From positions 160,001-224,000 of IMG/VR virus record IMGVR_UViG_3300012952_003952: a DNA stretch of 64,000 nucleotides; one strand, written 5' to 3'. The number at the start of each line of letters is the position of its first letter. Position 1 is the first letter of the stretch. Shown one piece after another: positions 10,549 through 20,788 of the stretch. Below the pieces are notes generated by a model. That model ran no database searches. It saw only the letters and a program-made list of their open reading frames with translations, and had not been told where the DNA came from. The DNA comes from a virus. Taxonomy: Duplodnaviria > Caudoviricetes. A program made the position numbers and the translations under genes.

Positions 10549-11739
10549 ATGGGAAAAAGTACAAAAAACAAAAATTCTGATGATTTTACAAGCGATCTAA
10601 TAAAGCAACTTAATAAAGAACACGGTTCCAAAGTGGCTTATAACTTAGAGAACGATGAATCACCAACGCACATCAAAAGGTGGATCAGCACAGGTTGCAG
10701 ACAGTTAGATTATATTGTTTCTAATCGTGCAAACGGTGGATTACCAGAAGGTAGAATTATAGAAATTTTTGGACCACCCTCAATTGGAAAGTCACACATT
10801 GCTATTCAGATAGCCCGAACTACTCAGCAGATGGGCGGCATTGTGGTCTATATAGATACTGAGAATGCCACATCTGTAGAAAATCTAGGGCTTCTAGGAG
10901 TTGATATTTCTAAGAGGTTTGTCTATGTTGATACCCACATGACTGAAGAAGTTCTTTCTATAGCGGAGTCAACAATTCTTAAAGCTAGAGCAATGGAAAA
11001 AGATGTTCCAATTACTATTATTTGGGATTCAGTCGCTGCTTCTTCTCCAAAGGCTGAGCTCGATGGAACTTATGAACAAAACTCTATAGGCCTTCAAGCC
11101 CGAGCAATTTCTAAAGGAATGCGTAAAATAACTGGCGTAATTGGCCAAACTAACGCTTTATTCGTAATACTTAACCAAATTCGAACTAAGATCGGAGTTA
11201 TGTATGGAGATCCTACTACTACACCCGGGGGTAAGGCAATCCCTTTTCACTCATCTGTACGAATCAAGTTGGGAGCAGGACAACAGATCCAAAACAAAGA
11301 CTAAGAAGTCATCGGTATTAATGTTTCTGCTAAAACTATCAAGAATAAAGTAGCCCCACCTTTTAGGTCAGCAAATTTTGAGATCCATTTCGGTAAAGGC
11401 GTCTATGAACATGAGCAAGTTTTTGATCTTTTGAGAAAACATGGCCCCGAAGTAGTAGAAGGTAAAGAAATTGCGATTTCTGGAGCAGGCGCTTGGAAAA
11501 ACTTAACAGTTACGGATGTATCTACTGGTGAAATTATAGCTGAGAAAAAGTTTTATAAAGCTGATTTTGGCAGCGTTTGGAAAGATGAGCAATATGAACC
11601 TTATATTGAAAGTTTACTTGAACAATGTCTAGTAAAGACTTTAAGAGATCCTGATTCTATGGATATCGATACTGAGTCTTTTGAAGAAGTAAGAGCACTA
11701 GCTATGGAAGCTGATCTGCTATTGGATTCGGATGAATAA
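10549..11739 (+). pseudogene. recA: RecA/UvsX recombinase interrupted by one in-frame TAA (11302-11304)
   Basis: GPPSIGKS Walker A, YIDTE, WDSVAA and GLQAR precede the stop; the same frame continues EVIGINVSAKTIKNKVAPPFRSANFEI, including the conserved KNKVAPPFR motif, to TAA at 11737-11739. Confidence 0.85.
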
Positions 11740-12694
11740 AAAAGAGAGACCGATAGTTTTTATTGACGCATTAAATTTTTTCATGCGCCACTTTACTGTA
11801 AATCCCTCTGTGGGGATGAACGGCCAACATGTGGGAGGGTCTCTAGGTTTTTTAAGAGGGCTTGGTTATTTAGCCGATCTACTCAATCCGGAATGTGTAT
11901 ACGTTATTTGGGAGGGCGGCGGATCTCCAAGAAGAAGAAGTATTTACCCGGACTACAAGAAGAATAAGCGCCCCGTAAAATTAAACAGGTTTTATGAGGG
12001 AGATATTCCAAACACAGTAGAAAATAGAAACTACCAAGTAAATCTAATTGTGAATCTTTTAAAAAGGTCTGGTATAAAACAAGTCTATACTTCGGATTGC
12101 GAAGCAGATGATGTAATAGGCTATGTTTGTAAGAGAGAGTTCCCAAACAAGAAAAAAGTCATAATATCTTCGGACAAAGATTATTATCAGTTGTTAGAAG
12201 ACAAAAACATAAGAATTTGGTCTCCCGGTCAAAAAGATTTTGTCACTTCAGAAAAAATATTAAAAAAATTTGGTGTCACTGCTGCCAATTTTTGCCTATG
12301 CCGCTGCTTTACAGGAGATGGCTCTGACGGAATCCCAGGAATAAAAGGTGTTGGCTTTCGTTCTCTAGCCAAACGTTTTCCTGATCTGGCATCTTCTGGA
12401 TCGATGGATGTGGAAGAAATACTTAGTCTAAGTAAGGCACGAGCAACTAACAGCAAGCTTCAAATTTATCAAAATATCGGTAAGGATGAAGATGCTGTGA
12501 GGAGGAATTGGAAGCTGATGTACCTAGACACTTCCAATCTATCGTTCAACCAAACACAAAAAATAAAAAGTCAACTGGAATCCGAGATTCCAAAAATAAA
12601 TAAAATGGATTTTATGAGAATTATTCTAAAAGAAGGAATACAAGATTTCGACGTAGAAAAATTCTTCATGAGTATGAAAGCAATGAGTTATTAG
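11732..12694 (+). CDS. 5'-3' exonuclease / flap endonuclease (T4 RNase H / PolI N-terminal type)
   Basis: FIDALN, EADDVIG, SSDKDYYQL and GDGSDGIPGIKGVG (H3TH) motifs. Confidence 0.9.
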   Translation: MNKKERPIVFIDALNFFMRHFTVNPSVGMNGQHVGGSLGFLRGLGYLADLLNPECVYVIWEGGGSPRRRSIYPDYKKNKRPVKLNRFYEGDIPNTVENRNYQVNLIVNLLKRSGIKQVYTSDCEADDVIGYVCKREFPNKKKVIISSDKDYYQLLEDKNIRIWSPGQKDFVTSEKILKKFGVTAANFCLCRCFTGDGSDGIPGIKGVGFRSLAKRFPDLASSGSMDVEEILSLSKARATNSKLQIYQNIGKDEDAVRRNWKLMYLDTSNLSFNQTQKIKSQLESEIPKINKMDFMRIILKEGIQDFDVEKFFMSMKAMSY

Positions 12695-12702
12695 GAGTAG
12701 CC

Positions 12703-14103
12703 GTGTCAGAAGTTTATGACGTATCCCCATCATCAGGGGCACCGTATTTTTCAAAGTATGGAAAGAACTTTCAAGAGAAGATTTTCCAAGGTTTGTTAAC
12801 CGATCACAGATGGGCATCTCAAATGATTGAGATTATGCATCCTGATTTTTTCGAACTTAGATATTTAACGTATCTTTCAGAGAAATATTTTAACTACTTC
12901 ACAAACTATAATGCTTTCCCAACACCGCAACTTCTTATCACCATTGTAAAAGAAGACCTGTCAGAATCTGGAGACATTCTCTTAAAAGAACAAGTTGTAG
13001 ATTTTCTTCACAGACTTAAGTCTAATCCAGATTTGGGAGACCAAAACTACGTAAAAGATAAAGCGTTAGACTTTTGCAAGTGCCAAGTTTTTAAAGAAGC
13101 TTTAGACAAGGCAGTAGATCTTATTTCTACTGAAAAGTTTGAGTCTGTTGTTGGTTTAATGAAAGAAGCGGTGTCTGTTGGCATGCCAGCTAGTTTAGGA
13201 CACGATTTCTTTGAAGATATGGATTCTCGTTTTGTTAAAAACACTAGAATTGTAATTCCCACCGGGCTTCCAAGATTAGACGCTCACGATATCTTAAGAG
13301 GAGGCCTCGGCCGAGGAGAGATTGGCGTTATAACTGCCAACACTGGAGTTGGTAAATCTCACTGGCTTGTAGAAATGGGGGCTAATGCAATGAGAGCTGG
13401 CAAAAATGTTGTTCATTACACATTTGAATTGTCAGAAGAGGCGGTTGGCTTAAGATATGATTCGAATCTTTGCGACATCGCCAACAACGACGTGGTAAAC
13501 CACAAAGAAGAAGTTCAAGATTTTTATAAAGAAAACGAAATGGGAAAACTTATAATAAAAGAGTACCCAACAGGCTCAGCTAGCATCGTAACAATTAAGA
13601 ATCATTTAGACAAACTTCTTCTTAAAAACTTTAAGCCGAATATTATCATTGTAGATTATGCTGATATTATGAGATCAACAAGATCTTTTGACTCTTTGAG
13701 GCACGAATTGAAATTGGTTTATGAAGAATTAAGAAATATGGCTATGGAACTCAATATTCCAATTTGGACAGCTTCTCAAGCTAATAGAGACTCTGCGAAT
13801 TCTGATATAGTTGGACTCGAAAACATGTCAGAAGCTTATGGCAAAGCCATGGTCGCCGATTTAGTAGTTTCTATCTCTAGAAAAGCCACTGAAAAAGCAG
13901 GTGGAACAGGCCGTCTTTTTATAGCAAAAAATAGAGCAGGTAGAGACGGTCTTCTTTTTCCTATTTCAATCGACACAGCAAAATCGAAGTTTCAAATCTT
14001 AGATGAAAATTCACTAACTTTAAATGAAGCTGTTCAACAAGATAAAAATGAAATTAAAGACCAACTACGTGAAAAGTGGGCGGAAGTAAGAAGGTTGCAA
14101 TAA
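12703..14103 (+). CDS. Replicative DnaB-family helicase (gp41-like)
   Basis: ANTGVGKS Walker A, TFELSE, IIVDYAD, WTASQANR and KNRAG motifs. Confidence 0.9.
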   Translation: MSEVYDVSPSSGAPYFSKYGKNFQEKIFQGLLTDHRWASQMIEIMHPDFFELRYLTYLSEKYFNYFTNYNAFPTPQLLITIVKEDLSESGDILLKEQVVDFLHRLKSNPDLGDQNYVKDKALDFCKCQVFKEALDKAVDLISTEKFESVVGLMKEAVSVGMPASLGHDFFEDMDSRFVKNTRIVIPTGLPRLDAHDILRGGLGRGEIGVITANTGVGKSHWLVEMGANAMRAGKNVVHYTFELSEEAVGLRYDSNLCDIANNDVVNHKEEVQDFYKENEMGKLIIKEYPTGSASIVTIKNHLDKLLLKNFKPNIIIVDYADIMRSTRSFDSLRHELKLVYEELRNMAMELNIPIWTASQANRDSANSDIVGLENMSEAYGKAMVADLVVSISRKATEKAGGTGRLFIAKNRAGRDGLLFPISIDTAKSKFQILDENSLTLNEAVQQDKNEIKDQLREKWAEVRRLQ

Positions 14104-14104
14104 C

Positions 14105-16549
14105 ATGAAAGAAAAATACGAAAAGGACAAAGTTTTAGAAGAAACCAACACTTATTTCAACGGAGACGAACTAGCAACTAGTGCGATAGTCAATAAATAT
14201 CTTCTCAGAGACTCAGAAGGAAATTTTCTTGAATCTAATCCAGATCAGATGCACCGCAGGTTAGCTTCTGAATTTGCTAGAATAGAAAAAAAATATAATG
14301 GCTCTAGATCTCTTGACGAAGAGCAAATCTATAATTTATTCAAGAATTTCGAACAAATAATACCTCAGGGTTCTCCAATGTTCGGAATTGGAAATGAGCA
14401 CGCAGTAGTCAGCCTTTCCAACTGTGTGGTTGTAGATTCTCCAAAAGACGATATAAGCTCGATATTAAATCGAGGAAAAGATTTAGCCAACCTTTTTAAA
14501 AGACGCTGTGGAGTGGGAATAGATATATCTACACTCCGACCAGAAGGAGCTTCAGTATCTAATTCTGCTAGGACGACTACAGGAGCTTGGAGCTTTGCAG
14601 ATTTTTATAGCTATGTTTGCAGGATGATCGGCCAAAATGGTCGTCGTGGAGCACTGATGATAACCATCGATGTTCGCCATCCAGACATTGCAAGCTTTGT
14701 TACGATGAAAAAAGATCTCACCAAGGTGACCGGCGCAAATGTTTCTGTAAAAATCACTAATGACTTCATGAGAGCAGTAGAAAGCGGAGAGAAGTTTACT
14801 TTACAGTGGCCAATAGATTCTACTGACCCTTGTGTTTCTGAAGAAATAGACGCAGGAGAGCTTTGGAAATTAATAGTCGAATCTGCTACTGAAACAGCAG
14901 AGCCCGGTTTAATGATGTGGGACAATATAATAGAAGATTTACCCGCAGAGTCTTATAGCGATGTAGGGTTTAAGACGATTACTACTAATCCCTGTGGAGA
15001 AATTCCTTTAAGTGCTTATGATTCATGCCGCCTCATAGCCATCAATCTTACAAGCTATGTTGAAAACTCTTTTGAGAAAAATGCATCTTTTAACTTTGAA
15101 AAATTCAACATGGCAGCTCGATATGCGATGCGGTTAAGCGATAACTTGATAGATTTAGAAGCTGAGAAGCTGCAAGCGATACTAGAAAAAGTAGATACTG
15201 AAGATGAAAAAATTCTTTGGAATAAGCTTTTAGATGCTTGCTTAAATGGAAGAAGAACCGGATTAGGCACCCTCGGCTTAGGTGACACTTTAGTAAAATT
15301 AGGAATAACATACGGCTCTGAAGAATCTATTGAAATGATAGAAAAAATATACGAATCTTTAAAGATTTCTGCGTATACAGAAAGCGTAATTTTAGCTGAA
15401 GAGCGCGGTCCCTTTAAGGTCTGGGATTGGGAAAAAGAAAAAGATAACGCCTTTATTAAAAGGCTTCCAGAGAATTTAAAAGCAGCAATCAAGAAGCACG
15501 GCCGAAGAAACATCGCGTGTTTGACAAATGCCCCAACCGGAACATGCTCAATCGCAGCTCAAACATCGAGCGGCATCGAGCCAATTTTTAGATTAAGCTA
15601 TACTCGAAGAAAAAAGATTAATTCAGACGAAGAAGAAAAGCCTGATTTTGTTGATAATTTAGGTGATAAGTGGAAAGAGTTCGAAATATATCATCATGCG
15701 CTTCAAGAATATTGGGATGCTAGAGGATCTAGCGACATAGAGTCTTTGCCTGAATGTTTTATTACTTCAGACGAAATTGATTGGGTAAAAAGAATAGAAG
15801 TTCAAGCAGCTATCCAGAGACATATCGATCACTCTATTAGCAGTACTATTAATCTACCCTCGGATACATCTCCTGACGTAGTTGATGTTCTATACAGAAA
15901 AGCTTGGAAAAATGGACTGAAGGGCGTCACCGTTTATGTTGATGGTTCTCGAACTGGAGTCTTGGTTACTAAAAAAGAAGAGAATTCAGAAAAGAAATAC
16001 AAATCTGCTCCAAAAAGAGCAGAATTACTAGAATGCGATATTCATAGAGCTTCAATAACAGGCGAAGATTGGACAATTTTAGTAGGTTTAAGCGAAGGCC
16101 AACCCTATGAAATATTTGGTGGTTTATCTGAATATGTGGAGATCCCCAAGAAGCACACTTCTGGAAAAATTAGAAAAAGATCTAGAAAGTCTGTTAACTC
16201 TAAATACGATTTAATAGTAGGAACTAATGGAGATGAATTCGTTATAAAAGATATAGTGTCAGTGTTTAGGAATCCCAACCACACTGCTTTTACTAGGACT
16301 ATTTCTCTGTCTATGCGCCACGGAGTACCGGTTCAATATTTAGTAGAACAACTTCAAAAAGACAAAGAAGCCGATTTATTTTCTTTTAGTAAAGTTATAG
16401 CAAGAGTAATGAAAAAATACATTAAAGACGGAACAAAAGTGAGCAACGGAGTAATAGACTGCAATTGTGAAAACCAAGAACATTGTAAGGTAGTCTATCA
16501 AGAGGGCTGCGCTACGTGTTTAACTTGCGGATATGCTAAATGCGGGTGA
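14105..16549 (+). CDS. nrdJ: Class II (B12-dependent) ribonucleotide reductase with a C-terminal Zn-ribbon
   Basis: SLSNC, TNPCGEIPL, APTGT, ISSTINLP and LKGVTVY motifs plus a C-terminal CxxC; no NrdB small subunit gene adjacent. Confidence 0.85.
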   Translation: MKEKYEKDKVLEETNTYFNGDELATSAIVNKYLLRDSEGNFLESNPDQMHRRLASEFARIEKKYNGSRSLDEEQIYNLFKNFEQIIPQGSPMFGIGNEHAVVSLSNCVVVDSPKDDISSILNRGKDLANLFKRRCGVGIDISTLRPEGASVSNSARTTTGAWSFADFYSYVCRMIGQNGRRGALMITIDVRHPDIASFVTMKKDLTKVTGANVSVKITNDFMRAVESGEKFTLQWPIDSTDPCVSEEIDAGELWKLIVESATETAEPGLMMWDNIIEDLPAESYSDVGFKTITTNPCGEIPLSAYDSCRLIAINLTSYVENSFEKNASFNFEKFNMAARYAMRLSDNLIDLEAEKLQAILEKVDTEDEKILWNKLLDACLNGRRTGLGTLGLGDTLVKLGITYGSEESIEMIEKIYESLKISAYTESVILAEERGPFKVWDWEKEKDNAFIKRLPENLKAAIKKHGRRNIACLTNAPTGTCSIAAQTSSGIEPIFRLSYTRRKKINSDEEEKPDFVDNLGDKWKEFEIYHHALQEYWDARGSSDIESLPECFITSDEIDWVKRIEVQAAIQRHIDHSISSTINLPSDTSPDVVDVLYRKAWKNGLKGVTVYVDGSRTGVLVTKKEENSEKKYKSAPKRAELLECDIHRASITGEDWTILVGLSEGQPYEIFGGLSEYVEIPKKHTSGKIRKRSRKSVNSKYDLIVGTNGDEFVIKDIVSVFRNPNHTAFTRTISLSMRHGVPVQYLVEQLQKDKEADLFSFSKVIARVMKKYIKDGTKVSNGVIDCNCENQEHCKVVYQEGCATCLTCGYAKCG

Positions 16550-16574
16550 TACTTAGATAAACGTAGGGAGAAAA

Positions 16575-16961
16575 ATGGCTTATTCTGATAAAGTTATTGA
16601 CCACTTTGAGGATCCACAAAATATGGGATCTCTAGATAAAAAAGACCCATCTGTAGGAACTGGATTAGTCGGTGCCCCAGCATGTGGCGACGTAATGAGA
16701 CTTCAGTTAAAGATTAGCGATAGTGGAATTATAGAAGAAGCCAAATTTAAAACTTTCGGCTGCGGATCTGCTATTGCTTCTAGCTCTCTCATAACAACTA
16801 TGGTTAAGGGAAAAACTGTTGAAGATGCTGAAAAAATTTCTAATGCTGATGTCGCCAAAGAGTTGTCTCTCCCTCCAGTAAAAATCCACTGTTCAGTATT
16901 GGCAGAAGACGCTATTAAAGCCGCTATTAAAAATTATAGAGAAAAAAATGACGAAAGATGA
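16575..16961 (+). CDS. iscU: Fe-S cluster scaffold IscU
   Basis: MAYSDKVIDHF, GAPACGDVM, FGCGSAIASSS and LPPVKIHCSVLAEDA motifs. Confidence 0.97.
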   Translation: MAYSDKVIDHFEDPQNMGSLDKKDPSVGTGLVGAPACGDVMRLQLKISDSGIIEEAKFKTFGCGSAIASSSLITTMVKGKTVEDAEKISNADVAKELSLPPVKIHCSVLAEDAIKAAIKNYREKNDER

Positions 16962-17220
16962 AATACAGAATTTTATAGATGAAGAAATTAATCCACTCCT
17001 CCAAGACCATGGCGGATTTATTTCTATTTACGATTTCGATCAAAGTAGTAAATCTTTAAAGATACAAATGGGTGGAGGCTGCCAAGGTTGCGCAGGTTCT
17101 AAAATGACTCTGAGAAGAGGGGTCGAGAATCATCTTAGAGAAAATTTTCCAGACATGGGAGAAATCGAAGATGTTACCGATCACCTAGCTGGAGAAAACC
17201 CATATTATGAGAAGGAGTAA
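16948..17220 (+). CDS. NifU C-terminal / Nfu-type Fe-S carrier
   Basis: INPLLQDHGG and GGCQGC motifs. Confidence 0.9.
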   Translation: MTKDEIQNFIDEEINPLLQDHGGFISIYDFDQSSKSLKIQMGGGCQGCAGSKMTLRRGVENHLRENFPDMGEIEDVTDHLAGENPYYEKE

Positions 17221-17223
17221 AAA

Positions 17224-17550
17224 TTGCCTATAACAATTACAGAAAAAGCAAAAGAAAAAATTTCTTCTCTCCTTGCGCAACGCCAAACTCCTGACCACTA
17301 TTTAAAAATTGGGCTTCAAGGCGGAGGCTGTTCAGGATTCAAATATAATTATGATTTTGTTCTAGAGCCAGAAGACAAAGACAAAGTTTTTCAGTTTGAA
17401 AACATTAAAATTTGCATAGACAAAAAATCTTATTTATTTCTCAATGGGGTAGAAATAGATTATGAAGAAGACCTTTTTAAATCTGGTCTTGTATTCAATG
17501 CTCCCTCTGCGAAGAGAACGTGTGGGTGCGGAGAATCGGTAGCTTTTTAG
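17224..17550 (+). CDS. iscA: A-type Fe-S carrier IscA/HesB
   Basis: GGGCSGFKY and CGCGESVA motifs; TTG start after a GAAGGAG RBS. Confidence 0.92.
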   Translation: MPITITEKAKEKISSLLAQRQTPDHYLKIGLQGGGCSGFKYNYDFVLEPEDKDKVFQFENIKICIDKKSYLFLNGVEIDYEEDLFKSGLVFNAPSAKRTCGCGESVAF

Positions 17551-17558
17551 GAAAAAAT

Positions 17559-18161
17559 ATGAAATGGACTACAAATATATCGCCGTTAGTTAAAGAGTTT
17601 GAACTTAGAAAAAACCCAATAATAATACGCGTAAATAAATTCGACGAAGAATCTGCTAGAAAATTCAGCCAAGAAATAGCGCAAGCCCACAACACTGGGC
17701 AAAAGATAGTTCCAGTCGTGATAGATTCATATGGCGGCCAAGTTTACAGTTTGATGGCTATGATAAGCGACATACAGAATTCAGAAATACCAGTTGCTAC
17801 GATTGTAGAAGGAAAAGCCATGTCTTGTGGAGCAATACTTTTTTCTTTTGGTGCCGAAGGGTATCGTTTTATGGACAAAAATGCAACAGTGATGATACAC
17901 GATGTTTCTTCTATGGACATGGGAAAAGTGGAAGAGTTAAAAGCAGGAGCAGCTGAAGCAGACCGACTAAACAGCATAGTTTATACAATGATGGCTCAAA
18001 ACTGTGGCAAGAAAGACGATTATTTTATGGAAATAGTCTACACGAAGAAACACGCTGATTGGTTTCTAGATGCTAACGAATGTAAGACTCATAATCTAGC
18101 TAATCACTTAAGAGTCCCAAAGCTCAACATTAAAATTGATGTTGACATAGATTTTGAGTAG
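17559..18161 (+). CDS. clpP: ClpP-family protease subunit
   Basis: IDSYGG, EGKAMSCGA (catalytic Ser) and VMIHD (catalytic His). Confidence 0.8.
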   Translation: MKWTTNISPLVKEFELRKNPIIIRVNKFDEESARKFSQEIAQAHNTGQKIVPVVIDSYGGQVYSLMAMISDIQNSEIPVATIVEGKAMSCGAILFSFGAEGYRFMDKNATVMIHDVSSMDMGKVEELKAGAAEADRLNSIVYTMMAQNCGKKDDYFMEIVYTKKHADWFLDANECKTHNLANHLRVPKLNIKIDVDIDFE

Positions 18162-18170
18162 GTTTCTAAA

Positions 18171-19106
18171 ATGGCTATCGATAAAGTCTTCTACAACAAG
18201 AGCTCTTCAGACTCTCTCGGTTGGGAACCAAACTGGTTTGGCGCTAAATATCACGACGAAGATTTAGTAAAAGCAATCCGATCTTGGCAAAAAGCAAGAG
18301 GCCTAACAGCAGATGGCTTGTGTGGCCCCTCTACTTATAGGAGAATTTGGACAGAAAGAGATGCCGAAATAGGGAATCATGTTAAATATAACCACAACCA
18401 CAGTGGCGACTCTTTCATAATTCATAACAGTAAACCAATTTTGATAGAATGGGATAAAGTAGTTTTGTGGTCAGATAGTGGTGGGTTAAAAATGAAGCCT
18501 GGCACTTATTATGATTACGCAGGTAAAAAAGATAGAAAACCAACTCATTTCGTTAACCATTGGGACGTGTGTTTAAGTTCTGAGTCATGTGTAAAAGTTT
18601 TAAACAGGAGAGGCGTCTCAGTTCATTTTTGCATCGACAATGACGGCACCATTTACCAAATTTTAGATACTCAGCATGGCGCTTGGCACGCGGGGAATGT
18701 CTATGGTAATAAGCACGGCATTGGCGTTGAGATCAGCAATGCATATTACACAAAATACCAGGATTGGTACTCTAGAAACGGTTTTGGCGAGCGGCCAATT
18801 CAAGAAAACGGATACGTTCATGGCAGAACTTTAGACCCCTTTACTGATTTCTACCCTGTCCAAATAGAAGCTCTTAAAGCTCTTTGGAAAGCTTGCCACG
18901 TTGGTATGGAAATACCGTTAGAATATCCAAAAAATTCTAGTGGGCATATTGAAACTGGGGTTCATAAAGATGTCGCAAAAGGTAGGTTTTCTGGATTTTG
19001 TAATCACTATAATTTCACGAGAAATAAAATAGATTGCGCTGGTTTAGATCTTCCAACCCTTTTGGAAGAAGTAAAAAACACGCCAATGTACTGTTTGGAT
19101 AAATAA
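18171..19106 (+). CDS. N-acetylmuramoyl-L-alanine amidase with a peptidoglycan-binding domain (endolysin candidate)
   Basis: N-terminal AIRSWQKARGLTADGLCGPST (PG-binding); NHWD, SVHFCIDNDGTIYQ, AWHAG and GVEI (Amidase_2-type). Confidence 0.85.
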   Translation: MAIDKVFYNKSSSDSLGWEPNWFGAKYHDEDLVKAIRSWQKARGLTADGLCGPSTYRRIWTERDAEIGNHVKYNHNHSGDSFIIHNSKPILIEWDKVVLWSDSGGLKMKPGTYYDYAGKKDRKPTHFVNHWDVCLSSESCVKVLNRRGVSVHFCIDNDGTIYQILDTQHGAWHAGNVYGNKHGIGVEISNAYYTKYQDWYSRNGFGERPIQENGYVHGRTLDPFTDFYPVQIEALKALWKACHVGMEIPLEYPKNSSGHIETGVHKDVAKGRFSGFCNHYNFTRNKIDCAGLDLPTLLEEVKNTPMYCLDK

Positions 19107-19107
19107 G

Positions 19108-19572
19108 ATGATTAATAATCGCTGGAGAACCATGAATTTAATATCTACCCACTTGTGTAAAACAAGCGACGTTGGATTTCATGGTAATTTGTTTGGCGGC
19201 CAACTTTTAGCTTGGCTAGATGAAGCCGGAGCTGCTCTTTCCGCAGAGTTTACCGAAACCGGAAAAGTAGTAACAAAACATATTTCAGAAGTTAATTTTC
19301 AGAGTCCAGTTCGGCCAGGCCAACTTATTAAAGTTTATGGAAAAATAATGAAAGTTGGAAACACTTCTTTGACTATTGAAGTGGAAGCCAGAAGACATAG
19401 TATTTATAACGGAACTCAAAAGCCAGTTTGTAAGTGCCAGATGGTTTTTGTGAGAATTGACGGAGATGGAGAAGCTGTTCCTATTCCTCCACACATTCAC
19501 AAAAAATTTAAAAGACCGATAGAGAGAAGCAAGGTTTCTAACCATGATAAATCTTCTAATTCAGAAAATTAA
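19108..19572 (+). CDS. Acyl-CoA thioesterase (hotdog fold, YciA-like)
   Basis: HGNLFGGQLLAWLDEA, VNFQSPV and VGNTSLTIEVE motifs. Confidence 0.85.
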   Translation: MINNRWRTMNLISTHLCKTSDVGFHGNLFGGQLLAWLDEAGAALSAEFTETGKVVTKHISEVNFQSPVRPGQLIKVYGKIMKVGNTSLTIEVEARRHSIYNGTQKPVCKCQMVFVRIDGDGEAVPIPPHIHKKFKRPIERSKVSNHDKSSNSEN

Positions 19573-19735
19573 AAAAATTTTTAAAAAAAAATCTAATAAC
19601 ACCGAAAACCACCCACAGAGTAACTTAGACGGCATAGTTGATCTTGAGAGTTTTCTGAAGTACCGCTTAAAATTTAACCCAGAAAGCAAAAAATACCAAA
19701 AAGTGTTAGAGTACTCCGAAGAAGATCTAAATTAG
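19544..19735 (+). CDS. Small hypothetical protein
   Basis: 63-aa ORF only. Confidence 0.4.
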   Translation: MINLLIQKIKKIFKKKSNNTENHPQSNLDGIVDLESFLKYRLKFNPESKKYQKVLEYSEEDLN

Positions 19736-19771
19736 GCTCCAATCTTTATATTTAAGAAATGTCAGTACTTC

Positions 19772-20020
19772 TTGGTTGGTTTAATGAGCAGTGATTCTCC
19801 ATGCAGCGTTCAAGATTCTATTTTAAAGCTTAGGTCTTTAAGAGAAAAGCTTTGTAAAAACGATGTTCAGTGGAAAAAAGCTTTTGAAGTAAGAGATCAC
19901 GTAATAAGCAGCCTCGAAGCTCTTCAGTGTAAGCTTGAAGATAAAGATACGCCTAAAGCAGAATGCGCTATAGAGCTAAGAAGAATATTAAGATATTTTG
20001 AGGATAACAATAATGTCTAG
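19772..20020 (+). CDS. Hypothetical protein
   Basis: 82-aa ORF downstream of an ATATTTA motif. Confidence 0.5.
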   Translation: MVGLMSSDSPCSVQDSILKLRSLREKLCKNDVQWKKAFEVRDHVISSLEALQCKLEDKDTPKAECAIELRRILRYFEDNNNV

Positions 20021-20333
20021 TGGTGCCGACTGGAATGAATATTCAAGGTTGGTTTTAAACCAACTAGAAACCTTGGCGAATAGTATCCAGTCTTTAAATT
20101 CTGAGATTCAGGAGCTTAAGCAAGAGATTGCTAGAATGAGAGAGCGGGAAGACCGGGTTGACGAGCTTCGAGCCTGGAAAGAGAAAGTAGACGAAGTCGC
20201 TTCCCCAACTCAGCTCGGCACAGCCTTGAAAGAAGTCGACGAACTTAAACAATTTAAGACAAAAGCGATTACCATATTTGCAGTAGTTCAATTTGCGATG
20301 GGCGCCATAGTTTTTGCGATGAGATTTATGTAA
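19998..20333 (+). CDS. Coiled-coil protein with a C-terminal transmembrane helix
   Basis: Heptad-like LETLANSIQSLNSEIQELKQEI and a hydrophobic AITIFAVVQFAMGAIVFAM tail. Confidence 0.6.
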   Translation: MRITIMSSGADWNEYSRLVLNQLETLANSIQSLNSEIQELKQEIARMREREDRVDELRAWKEKVDEVASPTQLGTALKEVDELKQFKTKAITIFAVVQFAMGAIVFAMRFM

Positions 20334-20362
20334 ATTAGCTTTTTTTGTGTTATATTTTTAAC

Positions 20363-20788
20363 ATGAAGAAATGGAATCCACCAAAATCACCATGGAATCT
20401 TGTGCAAGAGCCATATTTCGGTGATGAATGGAAAATTCTTATATGCTGTCTGTTATTGAATCTTACGACTCACAAGCAAGTTAGAAAAATTTTAGACGAG
20501 TTATTTGAGAAATACCCTAATCCAAAATCTATGTGTTTGGCTGAAGAAGAAGATTTAAAAGATTTGCTTAGTTCTCTTGGTTTAGTTAACAAGAGAGCAA
20601 AAACGCTTATTCGGTTCTCTCATGAATACCTTACCAAAGATTGGAAGACGGCTAAAGATTTGTACGGCTGCGGAAAATATGCTGATGATGCATGGCATAT
20701 TTTTTGTGTCGGAGATTGGCAAAGCGTTGAGCCAAAAGATCACGCATTAAACTATTATCATGACTTTTTGAGGGAGAATTATGCCTGA
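20363..20788 (+). CDS. MBD4-like HhH DNA glycosylase
   Basis: WNPPKSPWNLVQE, WKILICCLLLNLT, LGL..KRAKTLIRFS and LYGCGKYADD match the MBD4 glycosylase domain pattern. Confidence 0.8.
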   Translation: MKKWNPPKSPWNLVQEPYFGDEWKILICCLLLNLTTHKQVRKILDELFEKYPNPKSMCLAEEEDLKDLLSSLGLVNKRAKTLIRFSHEYLTKDWKTAKDLYGCGKYADDAWHIFCVGDWQSVEPKDHALNYYHDFLRENYA

